Part shown: positions 37,803 to 49,295 of the stretch, piece by piece
Numbering within the stretch: the stretch's first letter is position 1
Layout of the letters: the number at the start of each line of letters is the position of its first letter
DNA from: a virus
Virus record (IMG/VR): IMGVR_UViG_3300050821_005690
Location: 1-64,000 of that record
Length of the DNA: 64,000 nucleotides
Strand: one strand, 5' to 3'
The notes under the pieces: generated by a model
What the model was told of the DNA's origin: nothing
What the model saw: only the letters and a program-made list of their open reading frames with translations
The model's database searches: none
Made by a program: the position numbers and the translations under genes

Positions 37803-39044
37803 GATCGTCCTCCACTGTTTCAAACAACCCGGTTGTCCGGGCGCGTGATCCCCACGCGCAGGAATATGGTAGCACACAAATAAGGCAGGTCTTTTGTTGG
37901 TGACCAAACAAACAGACGTGATCAATGACTTAGCTGGAGTCGGCTTGCGCGTTCTTAGCAGTGGCGTGCAACAATTCGTGATAGTGGGCCGCCTTAATTC
38001 ACCAGAAGCGTGATGATGACCTGAACAGCGTGATGATGCTCTTGTGCCATTCCTCATCGATTGCATCGAGCGCGCGTTCTTGGGCGTCCCATAGCCACGA
38101 CAGCGCGGCGAGAACCTCATTCTCGCAATACTCCATTTCATCTCTGCGAGCGCCGAGCCGTCGCATCGCCGCAAGATGTCGCTGCTTGATCCGCAGAAAG
38201 GTCAATGCTTTCTTCCGCTCGTTCATCCGTGTCCTCCGTAATCTTTGGCGATCTGTTGCATGATAGCGATGCGCCTCGCGGCCTCATGCTCTTTCATGCG
38301 ACCGTCCGCAACCCACTTCTTATAGACGCTGCGCCGCAGCGCGATCTCGCGGACGATCTCGCTTAGCTTCTCTTCGCGGGTGAACTGATCCTCGCTCATG
38401 TGGTTCTCCGGGCTTATTTTCCCTCTTGACACTATTTTGGCCCGGCGATACCTGTCAAGGACTATGGCAGAGCTTGGCGACGGCGGCGCTCCCGATTTGC
38501 AAAAGCTGGTGCAAAAATACGGAAGCTATGCAGCTATCCCGGAATCTGAGTGGAAGGCGTACGACGAAGCTCTTGTGGCGTGCAACAAGCGTCTTGCCGG
38601 GTATCATAAGGTGGCAAAGGCGAAGCCAAATGCGAGTTCGCTCTGATAATCTGTGCGAGGTTCCCAAGGACGTGGCCGAGTTGGCGCTGTTAAGCTTCCT
38701 CGCCGCCTCCAGATATTGGATGCTTTTTCATGTATATAGAAAATAGGACTATTGAGGCGTGGTGTCGTGCCGTGTTCTGGCTATTCGTTGTCGTGGGTGC
38801 CCTGGGTGGGTTCATCTGTTTAATTAGGATGGTGGTTTGATGACTCTTTCGAAGATCGTCGAGAAGGCGGAGCACCAAACCGGGATGGACGCCCTGGTTG
38901 GCATCCCGATCTACGAATCGTCCACGAACCAGATCGCGCCAGCTTTGGCTGAAATCATCCTCAATCACCTGTTCGAGCGCGGGTACAGGATCGTCCGGCA
39001 TGTCTCCGTTCCCAGGAAACCGTTCGCGTTCCGAGAGGACGACA

Positions 39045-39503
39045 ATGTCGCTTGACGTCTACCTTTACCTCGATGCGCCGCCGACCGCGCCCGCCGAAGG
39101 CAGCGGCATCTATGTTCGCCGCAATGCCGAGGTCGTGGAGATCACGCGCGCGGAGTGGGATAGTAGGTTCCCGGGCCAAGAGCCCTTCGTGCTGGCTGCG
39201 GAGTATGGTGTGGATTGCACGGTCTACACTGCGAACATCACGCACAATCTCGCGCCCATGGCGGTGGCTGCCAATTGCTACGAGGCCATATGGCGGCCGG
39301 AGGAAATTAGGGCGACGCGAGCGAAGGACATTATCCGCTACCTCAAGCAGGGCCTGGAGCTTCTGCGCTCCGACCCGGAGCGATTCAAGGTCTACAATCC
39401 CAAGAACAAATGGGGCGACTATGACGGTCTGGTGAGATTCATTGCAGCCTACCTGGACGCCTGCGAAAGGTATCCGGAGGCCACGATCAGGGCGTCGGCC
39501 TAA
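39045..39503 (+). CDS. conserved phage hypothetical protein
   Basis: MSLDVYL, ANITHNL..MA, DPERFK.YNP.N.WGDYDGL. Confidence 0.75.
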   Translation: MSLDVYLYLDAPPTAPAEGSGIYVRRNAEVVEITRAEWDSRFPGQEPFVLAAEYGVDCTVYTANITHNLAPMAVAANCYEAIWRPEEIRATRAKDIIRYLKQGLELLRSDPERFKVYNPKNKWGDYDGLVRFIAAYLDACERYPEATIRASA

Positions 39504-40329
39504 AATGGGCATGAAGGTGGTCTGCCTTGACGAATTTGCGGTATTTCCTCGACCTTGTGCGCTTGAACTTTCTTGCGACAGCAAGGAGTCGTTATTCTGC
39601 GACGCCGAGTGGCGGTCTGTTCACCGGGATGGCTTTGTCGCGCAACACCGAGAGGCAATGGCCGCAGGTTGGCTGGAGCGAAATGGCGGAGCTAGAGGCC
39701 GCATTTGGGTATGCCCCGAGTGCTCGGGCAAGAAGGCAACGTGACATGGGCAAGCAGGCGATCGGCGAGCGTGAGCTTCAGCTGCGGAAGCAACGCGAGG
39801 CAACGGCGAGGCGGGCGGAGGAAAAACATGCCAAAGCGAAGAAGGAAGCTCGCGCCGCTCAAAAAGCCAAGGCGGTCAAAGCCCGCTGAAGTTCTCGTCG
39901 GCGCCCCTGGCGGCCGGATGCTGTGCCTCGTCCCCTTTTGCCGACGAACGCGCAAGGATGACGGTCGTTTCGATGAGTGGATTTGCGGTAAACATTGGAC
40001 CTTGACGCCCCGTTCCTGGCGCCGCGGCCTATTTTTGTTCAGGCGGCGCGGGGTCCATCACGAGCTTGTTGCCCGCATGTGGGATCGACTAAAGCGCGTT
40101 GCTATCGAGCGGGCGGCCGGGCTGTGATGGCGTTGCCTGAGTTCGTCGCCCAGACTTTCCTGGCCGCCCTCGCTTTCATTCCAGATGTCATGCAACAGTT
40201 CGTCGTCCTGGTCGAGCCATTGCGGGAACTTCTGCAAGCATCCTCCGCAAATCTGCCATCGGTCAACGCCCAGCCACGGGGTTCCCGGGTTGATCGGCTT
40301 CTTGCACTTGTCGCAAGCCACGGTGAAGG

Positions 40330-40833
40330 TCATGGGGCGGTCGGGTTCCTATTGGGGTTAGTGATTGTGCCGCCCTGCGGCATCGGTCGCGTTGTCATTT
40401 TATCGATTTCCTTGAGCCCCTTCTTCAAAAACTCGCGCGCTCGATCGTAGTGAAGCGGCGGCTGGTAGCCGTACAGGGGTGAGCGCAGTCGGCTGGCAAC
40501 GTGGTGGAAGATCCGTCGGCGCGCTTCCCTGGTCTTGCCGTGGTGGTCGACCAGCACCTTGTATTCGATGACGTGGGCGGCGAGTTCTTCGATCAGGCGG
40601 AAGTTGTCGTCGGCTAGGTATTGGTCCCACCATCCGGCCGGGTTCGACCCTTGGCGTGCGCTGTGCACCTTCTCGTGCTCGAACAGCTCCAGCGGGATCT
40701 TCGTCCTGTGCGGGTTGAATATGAACAAACCATAAGCGAAAATCGGCTTGAACTTCTTCTTGTCGAATTGGTCGAGGCGAAAGCGGCGGTTGATCGCCTC
40801 GTAATTTGGCGGGAAATCCAGTCTGACGATCAT
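40330..40833 (-). CDS. HExxH zincin-like protein
   Basis: EHEKVHSARQ...WW.QYL....FR..EE..AH. Confidence 0.6.
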   Translation of the reverse strand: MIVRLDFPPNYEAINRRFRLDQFDKKKFKPIFAYGLFIFNPHRTKIPLELFEHEKVHSARQGSNPAGWWDQYLADDNFRLIEELAAHVIEYKVLVDHHGKTREARRRIFHHVASRLRSPLYGYQPPLHYDRAREFLKKGLKEIDKMTTRPMPQGGTITNPNRNPTAP

Positions 40834-41297
40834 CGGACGGGCGTCTGCTTGTAGGGGAGGGGGCGGAGCCTCGTCCTCTCCTCGGCCTCCAACAGCTTGA
40901 CCTCGGGCGGGACGGTCAGGTCATAGGTGTCGTCATCGACCCGAACGATAGCGCATTTCACTCCGTCGAAGATATCATCGCCGAAGCGCGGGACATGTCC
41001 GAAGTGCAGTCTGATGAAGGCCTTGAAGTTCACCCCCGTGACGCCGCCCGGCACGCCCGGCTTTAGGCCGGTGATGCGGAGCTTGTTGCGGTCTGCCCCG
41101 GTCCCGACCGCAATCGCAAACTTCTTGCACTTGGAGATGCAGATGACGGTTGGCAGCGTCACCAGTAGTTTTGGCTTTGGCGGCGGTGTTCCGGCCTTCC
41201 TTGGCTTGGCCGTATTGCGGGCGTGCGTCAGGTAGGACAGCGATGCCATCGGCGGCGTATTGGCCTTGGTGTGCGTTTCAAGGTCCTCGAACGGCAT
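40830..41297 (-). CDS. hypothetical protein
   Basis: GGAGG RBS; ATGA overlap with the next gene. Confidence 0.6.
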   Translation of the reverse strand: MPFEDLETHTKANTPPMASLSYLTHARNTAKPRKAGTPPPKPKLLVTLPTVICISKCKKFAIAVGTGADRNKLRITGLKPGVPGGVTGVNFKAFIRLHFGHVPRFGDDIFDGVKCAIVRVDDDTYDLTVPPEVKLLEAEERTRLRPLPYKQTPVR

Positions 41298-41530
41298 CCC
41301 CCGCCTCCTTGTCCTTTTTATCCACGAGGAGGTAGATCATCTGGCCCTCGACGCTGACGATATCGCACTGATGTTCGAATAAATTGAGGCAGCGGTTGAC
41401 GAAGGGGAAGAGAGCCCGGTCGCAGGCCAGGACTCGGCTTCGGACTTGGCAGTCGTGCTCAAGCTCGGCGACGATCTGCTCGATCGGGATCATGTCCGAC
41501 GCTTCTCGGATTGCTTCAACGCTCATGGGG

Positions 41531-42187
41531 TCATTCTTCCTCTGAGGCCGCAGTATTGGAGACGGCCTTGCGAAGCTGATCGCGCAGTTCGGCCTTGCTG
41601 GGGGAAGATTGGGGCTTTTCCCAGCCTCCGGCGGCGCCGGCCCTGGTCTTATCGAAAATTGGCTTATCGTCCTCGTCCTCGTCCTCGACCACCTTGGCGA
41701 TGGTTCCGGGCGGCGGCCGGTAGCCTTCGCCCTCAAGCGCCCCCGCCAGCGCCCGGGCGCGCACGTCCTTGGGCCTAGCTCGCCCGCCCTGTGGCCGCTG
41801 GGGCGTTTTTTCCCGTGGGGGGGCCTGTCCTACCGGGGCAGGCAATGGCGCATCCAGGGCCTTCTGAGGGGGCAGGGGCGGAACCGGCATCCTCGCCTTA
41901 GCCTCCGCCGGCTTCGCCCTGCTGGGGTAGGGCTCCGTCGACCAGTCGATCTTCTTCCGCCCAGTGGCGAATTCGGGCCGCTCGACGGGCTCGGGCGGTG
42001 TGACTGGAATCTCGACGGCCGTCGCCCCGACGACAACGATCTCCGCCTCAGCGAAAGCGTCCCGCTGCAGCACGCCCTGCGGGTCAAACCACGCGGCGGT
42101 GTAGAAGCCATCCGTGCGCCCCATCTCGATGATGGTCATGGCGGGGCCGCCACTCTTGAGGATGACAATCGTTCCGATCGGGATCAT
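41531..42187 (-). CDS. YodC/DUF2158 domain fused to a low-complexity tail
   Basis: IGTIVILKSGGPAMTI...AWFD....F.E.E. Confidence 0.7.
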   Translation of the reverse strand: MIPIGTIVILKSGGPAMTIIEMGRTDGFYTAAWFDPQGVLQRDAFAEAEIVVVGATAVEIPVTPPEPVERPEFATGRKKIDWSTEPYPSRAKPAEAKARMPVPPLPPQKALDAPLPAPVGQAPPREKTPQRPQGGRARPKDVRARALAGALEGEGYRPPPGTIAKVVEDEDEDDKPIFDKTRAGAAGGWEKPQSSPSKAELRDQLRKAVSNTAASEEE

Positions 42188-42398
42188 CGCTTGTTCCAGG
42201 GCTTGAATTTAAGCAGTTCAGATCTTCAAACTCCGCAGTTCGGGCACGAGTGCACCCAGTCTTCGTCCCCCATCTTCCGGGTTCTCCAGCCGTCACGCTT
42301 TGCCGCCGCCCAGACCTCGGAGAACTCGCCGCTTTCTCCATCGAATACCTCGCCGCAGGAGTCGCATTCGAACAGGAGCTTGCCGTGCTGCCGGTCAA

Positions 42399-42800
42399 TC
42401 ATGAGGTCCTCTGTGGCACTATTTTCAAAATGGTGTCAAGGCTCCCGGTCCCGATCTGTATCCCGTGGGCAATTGCGCGATTCTTCAGCCGTCCCGTCAG
42501 GAATGCGATATACTTGGGGTGAAGCTCCCCGGCCGCAAGAAAATGCCTGTACTCGTCGCTCGTCATGTCGCCCTTGATGTGATTGCACGCCAAACATGAG
42601 AGCACGGCGTTGGGCCCGAATCGCGCTCCTCCCCTGGTCTTCGGGGTCGCATGGTCGAGCGTCGGCTTTCGCCATTCCGCAAGATGGTCAAAGCGGTCAA
42701 AGAGCCGGCCGTCGTGGTCGATACAGGGCCGCCGGCAATAAGCGCAAATCCCATCGAACGCCAGCTTGAGCTTCCGTATCTGTGATCGCGATTTGCCCAT
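42399..42800 (-). CDS. HNH endonuclease
   Basis: CAYC...TLDH.TPK.RGG...N.V.SC..CN..KG. Confidence 0.85.
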   Translation of the reverse strand: MGKSRSQIRKLKLAFDGICAYCRRPCIDHDGRLFDRFDHLAEWRKPTLDHATPKTRGGARFGPNAVLSCLACNHIKGDMTSDEYRHFLAAGELHPKYIAFLTGRLKNRAIAHGIQIGTGSLDTILKIVPQRTS

Positions 42801-42873
42801 GTTTTGCCTTTAATAGAGGTGTATCTAATCCCGGTCCTAAGCCTAACCGTATGGAACACCAAGGTTACCTAGC

Positions 42874-43353
42874 ATGAAGCGACCACGAGGGAAGCGACTA
42901 CGGGGAAAAGGCCGCAAGACGCTGGCACGCGAGCGGGCGGCCCGGATCAAGAAGGTGCTAGGCGAGTACGCCAAGAACGCCCCGCCGATCGATTTCAAGG
43001 CCTCGCTCGACAGCCTCGATCTCATGGAAGGGGTAATGCGGCATTTTTATTTCCGCGCCCTGGTCGAGCGCAGCGTTGGGGACGAGGCAAATTGGGACAA
43101 GGTCGACGCGCTCATGCTCAAGACCTTGACGGCGGCCGAGAAGGTTGCGCGTTACAAGCACGCGCAGTTGTCGGCGGTCCGCCTTGCCGGGGACATCAGT
43201 GGCAACATGGACAACGTCAGCCTGGACGAACTCTTGGTGACCATCCGGCAGGAGTGGGCCAAGCTCGGCCCGCTGATCAATCTCGAAACCGAGGACGAGG
43301 AAATCGAGGCTTTGGGGATTGAGAACCAACCTCCGCCAGGACGGGAGCATTGA
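42874..43353 (+). CDS. possible terminase small subunit-like protein
   Basis: Basic N-terminus (RGKGRKT) and AAEKVARYKHAQLSAV..G. Confidence 0.4.
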   Translation: MKRPRGKRLRGKGRKTLARERAARIKKVLGEYAKNAPPIDFKASLDSLDLMEGVMRHFYFRALVERSVGDEANWDKVDALMLKTLTAAEKVARYKHAQLSAVRLAGDISGNMDNVSLDELLVTIRQEWAKLGPLINLETEDEEIEALGIENQPPPGREH

Positions 43354-43871
43354 GCATTGAAACTGTTTTATATCCCGATGGTGGACGACAATGGCGAGCA
43401 GATGCACGAGTTCGTGTGGGCCGAAGGCCCCGTGAGTGCCGCCATCATCTTTTGGAAACCTTACATCGAGCAGGGATTGAGGCCTCTCGACGTCTGGGTC
43501 TACTGCCTGTCAGACTGCTGGCCTGCCAATTCGCCGCGCAGGATCGACGCTGGGGACATGCCGGCCTCAAAAGTCAGAGGCGATATCGACGGTCATTTCA
43601 CTACCATCATCGACTTGAACGTGGTGCCGGAAGCCCCGCCGAAAGCTGGCGGTCGTGGTTGACATGGGGATTTGAAAGATGCCGAGCATCCATGTGATCT
43701 ACGTTCCCGCCGGAGAGCTTGTGGTGCCAAGTGAAACGCTAAAGCACATGAAGGCCTCCTACGCCGTTCTGCGCCTGGAGGACGAGATGTCGGACGAGCA
43801 CATCGCCGAGGTGGTTCAAGCTCTGGCAAAAATGGTGATTGAGCCGAACACGGCACAGAGAGGTGACGGGG

Positions 43872-44174
43872 ATGCTTGAGCGTCGTGGGTTCCTGTTAGG
43901 CTTGGCAACGAGCGCGCTGGCGGCGCCAGCTATTGTGCGGGCCGCCAGCATCATGCCGGTCAAGGCGCTCGTGGGCGATACGTGGACGCTGACAGGCTTC
44001 GATATGTACGGCGAGCCGATAACTGAAACAATTCGTTGGGTAGTGGATCATTGGATGGTGGAGATGCCGGTTAAGACAATGCGCGAACTTGAGTTGCCGG
44101 GACTGACGGGCGTGCGATGGTCGTATTCTGGTTATGAGCCCCACTGGTCCAGACAAGCATTCTGTTCAGTTTAA
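43872..44174 (+). CDS. twin-arginine-signal small protein
   Basis: ERRGFLLG...AAPAIVRAASIMPVK. Confidence 0.65.
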   Translation: MLERRGFLLGLATSALAAPAIVRAASIMPVKALVGDTWTLTGFDMYGEPITETIRWVVDHWMVEMPVKTMRELELPGLTGVRWSYSGYEPHWSRQAFCSV

Positions 44175-44194
44175 CGGATTTGCAAATCCGTTAA
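44171..44194. terminator. perfect 24-bp palindrome between convergent genes
   Basis: TTAACGGATTTGCAAATCCGTTAA. Confidence 0.6.
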
Positions 44195-44436
44195 TTCATC
44201 AGGCCTCCAAGAGGAGCAGGCGGACGCTCTCAAGAAAGATGCCAGAAGGCCCGAAGCTCGGCGTTGGTCATAGTCCGAGCCAGTGGAACAGCGTGGCGAC
44301 AAACCAGAATAAATCCATCGCGAACCACAGAAGCGCAAAGAGTGCGGCTGCCCGTACCTCGCGCGGTGTGATGGGCGCTCCCGAGAACACTCGGTAGAAA
44401 GCGTTCATCAGGCCTCCAAGATGAGCAAGCGGACGC
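44195..44436. repeat. 33-bp direct repeat pair (44195-44227 and 44404-44436)
   Basis: TTCATCAGGCCTCCAAGAKGAGCARGCGGACGC, two mismatches between copies. Confidence 0.85.
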
Positions 44437-44832
44437 GCGCGATCGTGTCGACGCTTGAACGCCCTACGAGTTCCTTGTGGACAATCTGGGCGAGACGCTC
44501 GCGCTCGGCGCGGGTGTCGGGCACGAAGACCATGCCTTCCTCGTAGTAGCGATAGAGCCAGCCGCCGGGGACGGCGAGGCGGTATGTGTTGTTGAGGCCG
44601 TCGACGCACTCCCATTTCGGCGGATTATTTTGCGGCATTGTAAGCCTCCTTGAAACGCCTCTGCCATGCGGCGTACTCGATGCGCACGCGCATCCAGTCC
44701 TCGTACTCGGCTGCGGTTAGCTCGATGGTCTCGTCATATTGCCCTTCGTCGCGGGCGACGTTGAAGTCTGGCCAGCGCTCGTCGAGTTCAAAGAAGTATT
44801 TCATCGTTTTCGCTCCTTTGGATAACACACAC

Positions 44833-45321
44833 TCACATGAGACCCGCACCCAGTCTTTGTGCTCGGCTGAGCATCAAGCTGTCGGCGTCGTGGCGGGGGA
44901 TCGAATCTAGATACTTGTCGGCTCGCTCATGGGCCGCCTTGGCCTCGGCGCGCAGTATGACCCAGCGTTGAAGCTCGGCAATGTTTTCGACTGGTACGAG
45001 GGCATCGAGACGGACCTTGCTGCGGCCTTCCTTGCTCTTGATCCAGCAATGAACGATCGAAGGTGGGTGGCCGTGTCCATACGTCTCGGGCTCGCACAGG
45101 ACGGTGACCGTAACCTCTTCGACCTGAGGTGTTCCGCAATAGTTGAGCAATAGGGCACGCACGTCGATGCGTCGCTCTCCCTTGCTGAGTTCATCGATCT
45201 TGCGCTTAACGGCCGAGAGGCTTTGCTGGCCCTCGATGCTCAGATCGGGGCAGGCCCAGGTCTCGTCGTCATCTCGGAACTTAATGATTCGCCCGCGATA
45301 GTTGATTTCTAGTAGGTTCAT
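44833..45321 (-). CDS. hypothetical protein
   Basis: AGGAGA RBS; ATGA overlap with the upstream gene. Confidence 0.6.
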   Translation of the reverse strand: MNLLEINYRGRIIKFRDDDETWACPDLSIEGQQSLSAVKRKIDELSKGERRIDVRALLLNYCGTPQVEEVTVTVLCEPETYGHGHPPSIVHCWIKSKEGRSKVRLDALVPVENIAELQRWVILRAEAKAAHERADKYLDSIPRHDADSLMLSRAQRLGAGLM

Positions 45322-45556
45322 GCGTTCTCTCCTATTCGATCTGGGGTGGCAGCCGGGCTGTCGTCGTTCAAAACCTGAATGGCGCTCCTGATTCCGCGGT
45401 TGGCCGCTTCGATCTCGGCGACCTTCCGCTCGATGGCGATTGAAAAGCCACGTAACATCCCCAACTGCCGCTCGATGCGGCGCAGCCGGTATTGATGCGA
45501 TGCGATTATTGTGACCCAGGCGAGAACGCAGGCGATCATTAGTGTTTCGATCATGG

Positions 45557-46171
45557 TTACTCCTTCCCGAGGGGATGCCAGGATTGGCTGGCGATGTTCC
45601 AGGCATGGGTCTGCTTCCAGCCGTCGTACCGTTTTTGAAACTCGATGATGTCGTCGGCGAGGCGCTGGATGGCTTGTTCGCGGTTGAACAGGTCTGTCGT
45701 CTTGACCTTGTTGAAGTCATGCCAGGAATGCGTGAGGAACAAGCCCTCACGTTCGGCCTTGACCGCCTGGAAGGTCGCTCGTGTGACCTGTATCGTTCGA
45801 GGGTCGCGCCGTCCGGTATTCCGATTGCGCTCCCCGTAGGTGAGGACGATCGGGATTGTCTCAGCCTCGGCCTTGCCTCGGTCCTCGATCTCCCTAGCAA
45901 GCCAAGCTTGCAGCGAGACGATGAGGGTGCCGATCGCATCGCGGCTCACCTCGAAGGGCGGTTTCTTCGCGCCGTGGCAACTCGACGTCTGCCAGCCTTG
46001 GCCCGGCCGGGTGTAGCCGTGGAGGGCGATGTGGCCGGTGTTGGCCAGGATCGCCCGCCCGCAGATTTGGCAGTGCATAGCCGCCGCCAAGCGCGCGGCC
46101 TTGCGAGCGGCGTTGGCGGCAGTCTGCTCCGGCGTCAGTTTCTCGCGCGGTCCCCTCCAGACTCTCCTCAT
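45557..46171 (-). CDS. hypothetical protein with zinc-binding motif
   Basis: CQICGR...HGY.RPG.G...SC.G. Confidence 0.7.
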   Translation of the reverse strand: MRRVWRGPREKLTPEQTAANAARKAARLAAAMHCQICGRAILANTGHIALHGYTRPGQGWQTSSCHGAKKPPFEVSRDAIGTLIVSLQAWLAREIEDRGKAEAETIPIVLTYGERNRNTGRRDPRTIQVTRATFQAVKAEREGLFLTHSWHDFNKVKTTDLFNREQAIQRLADDIIEFQKRYDGWKQTHAWNIASQSWHPLGKE

Positions 46172-47574
46172 GTCAGGGCTCCTTCCTCGTTCTCGCCGTC
46201 GACGAACGCGCTGATTCGCGCCGTGACGCTGCGGCCTCGCGCGGATCTGACGATCTCCTTCCAGGGGTTCGGCCGCTTGAACTCGCCAATCCGGTTTAGG
46301 TGGACCCAGACGCCTGCCCAGTAGCCGAACATCTGGAACTTGTAGCGGCCCAGGCTGTCCCAGGCCTTCGCCTCGGCCTCTTCGAGTTCAATCAAGAGGC
46401 GCGCGTTGAGCAGTGATGCTGTCATCCGGTACTCCCTTCCCCTGATTGCCGTGGGAGCCCTCCGAAGAGGGCTCGGGCTGCAATCAGCCGTCTCGCGGCA
46501 TCGGTGCGACTTGTTCCATTTCCGAGGGTGTGATCGCCGTGCCAGCCTTGAGGGCGGCGCGGCGCTCTGCGAGCACCTCTTCGCACTTGAGCACGAAGGG
46601 CATGCGCTTCTCGATCTGCTCGTCGGTCAAGCTATCGAGGGGCACGCTGCAGGTCCCGACGCCAGGGACGAACTCCAGCACTACCTTGGTTCGATCCTCA
46701 TCGTTGCGGATGCCTCGATAGTCGCGGTGGGTGTAGCGCCAGATCAGCTTGAGCTTCTGTTCCCGTGTCATCATGTCCTCCATCCGTCGGCGGGGCAGCA
46801 GAAAAAGCAGCGGTCGTCCTCCACTCGGTCGACCTCGATGTGATGGTCGCTACGGCTGTCCCAGACCATGTAGGACCCGGGCTTGCCGCGTATCGGCCGG
46901 ACGACGTAGTCGCGATCCCACTTCGCGACGATCTCGGCTTGGAACCTGGTGAACTCTGCTGCCATGTCAGTCCTCCTTCCCCTCAGTAGTTGGTTTCAAA
47001 GTCACAGTGATATAGATCGGCGATTTTCTTGGCCCTGGTCTCAGCTTCAGTCCTGAAGGCGAAGCAACTGTCTGTCTCCCGCTCGTCATCCTGCATGATG
47101 CACTCGACGTGGTAGGTATCGCCATCGAAGTCCACCTGCACCGTCCTGACTGTCTTTCCCATTGATTAGCCCTCCTTTGCGAAGATCAGGTCGTTGTCGT
47201 ACCGGACCGCCGACCCCGAGCGGCCAAAGCGCACGTCGTACCAGACGCTGCCCTTCCAGTTGGTGACCTTGGTGACCGTTCCGACATGGCCGTCACGGTC
47301 GCGGACCCGGTCGCCGACCTGGAAGGTTGCTGCCATTCGCCAGCGCCAGCCTATTCCCATCATCGTGAGCCCTCCTTCTGCGCTACCTCGCGGTTCAGTC
47401 GGTCGCGAGTTAGATTGGCGCGGCCATGTGCTTCGCCGCGCGCCAATTCGCCTTTCTTGTAGGGGAAAGCCTTGAAGGTCGAGGCGTCCGCCACGCAATA
47501 GACTTCGTACCGGGTGGTGGGGGTCTCAGTCCAGCGAACTCCGTACTTCGTCGCCATGTTCGTCCTCCGCCCTA

Positions 47575-47660
47575 AAAGATATTCGCGAGCAATCTTTTTC
47601 GCAATAGGGAAAATCCGCCCCTTGCGAAAATAGTGCCACGGGGATATGTTTATGGGGCAA
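47575..47660. promoter_or_regulatory. divergent promoter region with both repeated boxes
   Basis: GGGAAAATCCGCCCCTTG 47607-47624 and AAAATAGTGCCA 47627-47638 at the strand switch. Confidence 0.65.
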
Positions 47661-48776
47661 CGGGGAAAGGAGGCTTTCGGATGAAGGGATGGCGGAAGGA
47701 AAGCCAAGCCCGCTACCACGAGATGCTGGAGGTTCTGCCTCCGGCCATGTGGATCGGGGACGGCTTCTTGGTTGGCGAGCCTTGGGATCACGACGCGGAG
47801 GGCAACCCCCGCTTCGAGGCGCACTTCAAAACCACGGACGGGTACGTGGTCTCGACCAAGCCCATGACCGGCGCTCGGTTCGCGGCGGTCGCGAGGGCGG
47901 GCGGGCCTTGTGTGTGCCCGGTCTGCGACCCGGAATGAGGAGGACTGAATGAAGAGATACATCACGCTTGGCTGCGGCCGTCACATCGGCCTCGGCCGCT
48001 ACGTCGCCGCTTGGAAGGCCTGCCTAGTCCTCGGGCCCGACACTCCGATCGGGCGCGGGGTTGACGGCTGGGGCCAGAACGCCGGCGAGGCGCTGCGCGA
48101 CCTGCGCGCGGGCCTGGATGACCGGATCAACCGGCACCTGCCCTGGTACGGCAAGGGCCGGAAATGGGATGGCGACTGGCAACGCTCGATGAGCTACGCC
48201 GCGCGCGAACTGAACACCCCGCGCCTCGTGGTCCACTGGTTGCCTTCGGACCTGCGCAAGATTGAGCGGTTCCGTGAACGGGAAGGGGCGATAGGCCCTC
48301 TGTGACCCGCTGTTTGACTATGACCCACTGGATGGTCTGTGACTGCGGGCACTACGTCTCGGCGCCCTTGAAGAAGCCTTGCCTGTTCGATGAGGGCGCC
48401 GGCTTGCGGCGGGGCGATCCACCCCGCTGCATTCGTCACGGTGCCTTATTGTTCAGCGATAGCACACTCAGCGGGATGACTCGCGAAGAAGCCCGCCGCG
48501 TGGTGCGCGAGCGTCACGAGGCAGAGGAAAGGTGGGGCACCAAATGAGAATCGTTCTTGATCCGCACGGCAAGTATGTCGAATTGAAAGCTAATGAGTGG
48601 GTGCGCTTTTACTTCGACGATGAGACTGCGCTTCCGGGCGAGGTCAATCGTTTCGTTGACGCCCATCCTGATCCCGATACCGGGCGCCTTGTGTTGCGCT
48701 CGGATGGGTGGCACGGCGGCATAATTGTTCGCCCGCGCGCCGCGAACGAGATTGAGATCGAATCGGAGAAGGGCAA

Positions 48777-49295
48777 ATGACCGAGCGCACCGTCGAGCTT
48801 ATCCGGCCGGGTCCGCAGAACGAGCGCTTTGACGTCGGCGAGCGCATTATTGTGGTCGATGGTGTTCGCTGGGGCCGCACCATTGTTCAGTCCAAGGGGC
48901 CACTCGGGCAGATCCACAGATTTCACCAGGACGGCGGCGAGGGATTTATTATGGACGTTTACCCCCCTAGCCGCTTCAATCGTTTCACCGAGGTGCGCAG
49001 CCTCAAAATGCGCATGCGTAATAGGGATTTTCGAACGACCGAGGAAGCCGTCCTTGCCAAAGCGCGCGAGCTAGTCGCCGACGGCCTGTTGCGTGATCCG
49101 GCGATTGTCCGCCGTGAGCACGCCGTTGCCGCAGAGGGTGCCCGGCTGGAAGCCTACCGGAAGGCCGAGCTTAAGCTTCGCGCCTTCTACTGCATCCCCG
49201 AGGATTTGCCGATTACGCAAGAGGCGCGCAATGCGCTTGCTGCCAGCATCGTCCAGGCGATGGAATGGGCAATGGAATGGGAGCGGACCAAGTGA
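48777..49295 (+). CDS. hypothetical protein
   Basis: ATGA-coupled ORF in a small-gene array. Confidence 0.6.
   Translation: MTERTVELIRPGPQNERFDVGERIIVVDGVRWGRTIVQSKGPLGQIHRFHQDGGEGFIMDVYPPSRFNRFTEVRSLKMRMRNRDFRTTEEAVLAKARELVADGLLRDPAIVRREHAVAAEGARLEAYRKAELKLRAFYCIPEDLPITQEARNALAASIVQAMEWAMEWERTK

Noticed and set aside
44171-44194. CtrA box (TTAA-N7-TTAA)
   Set aside because: Spacing between the TTAA halves is 16 nt, which fits a hairpin terminator better.
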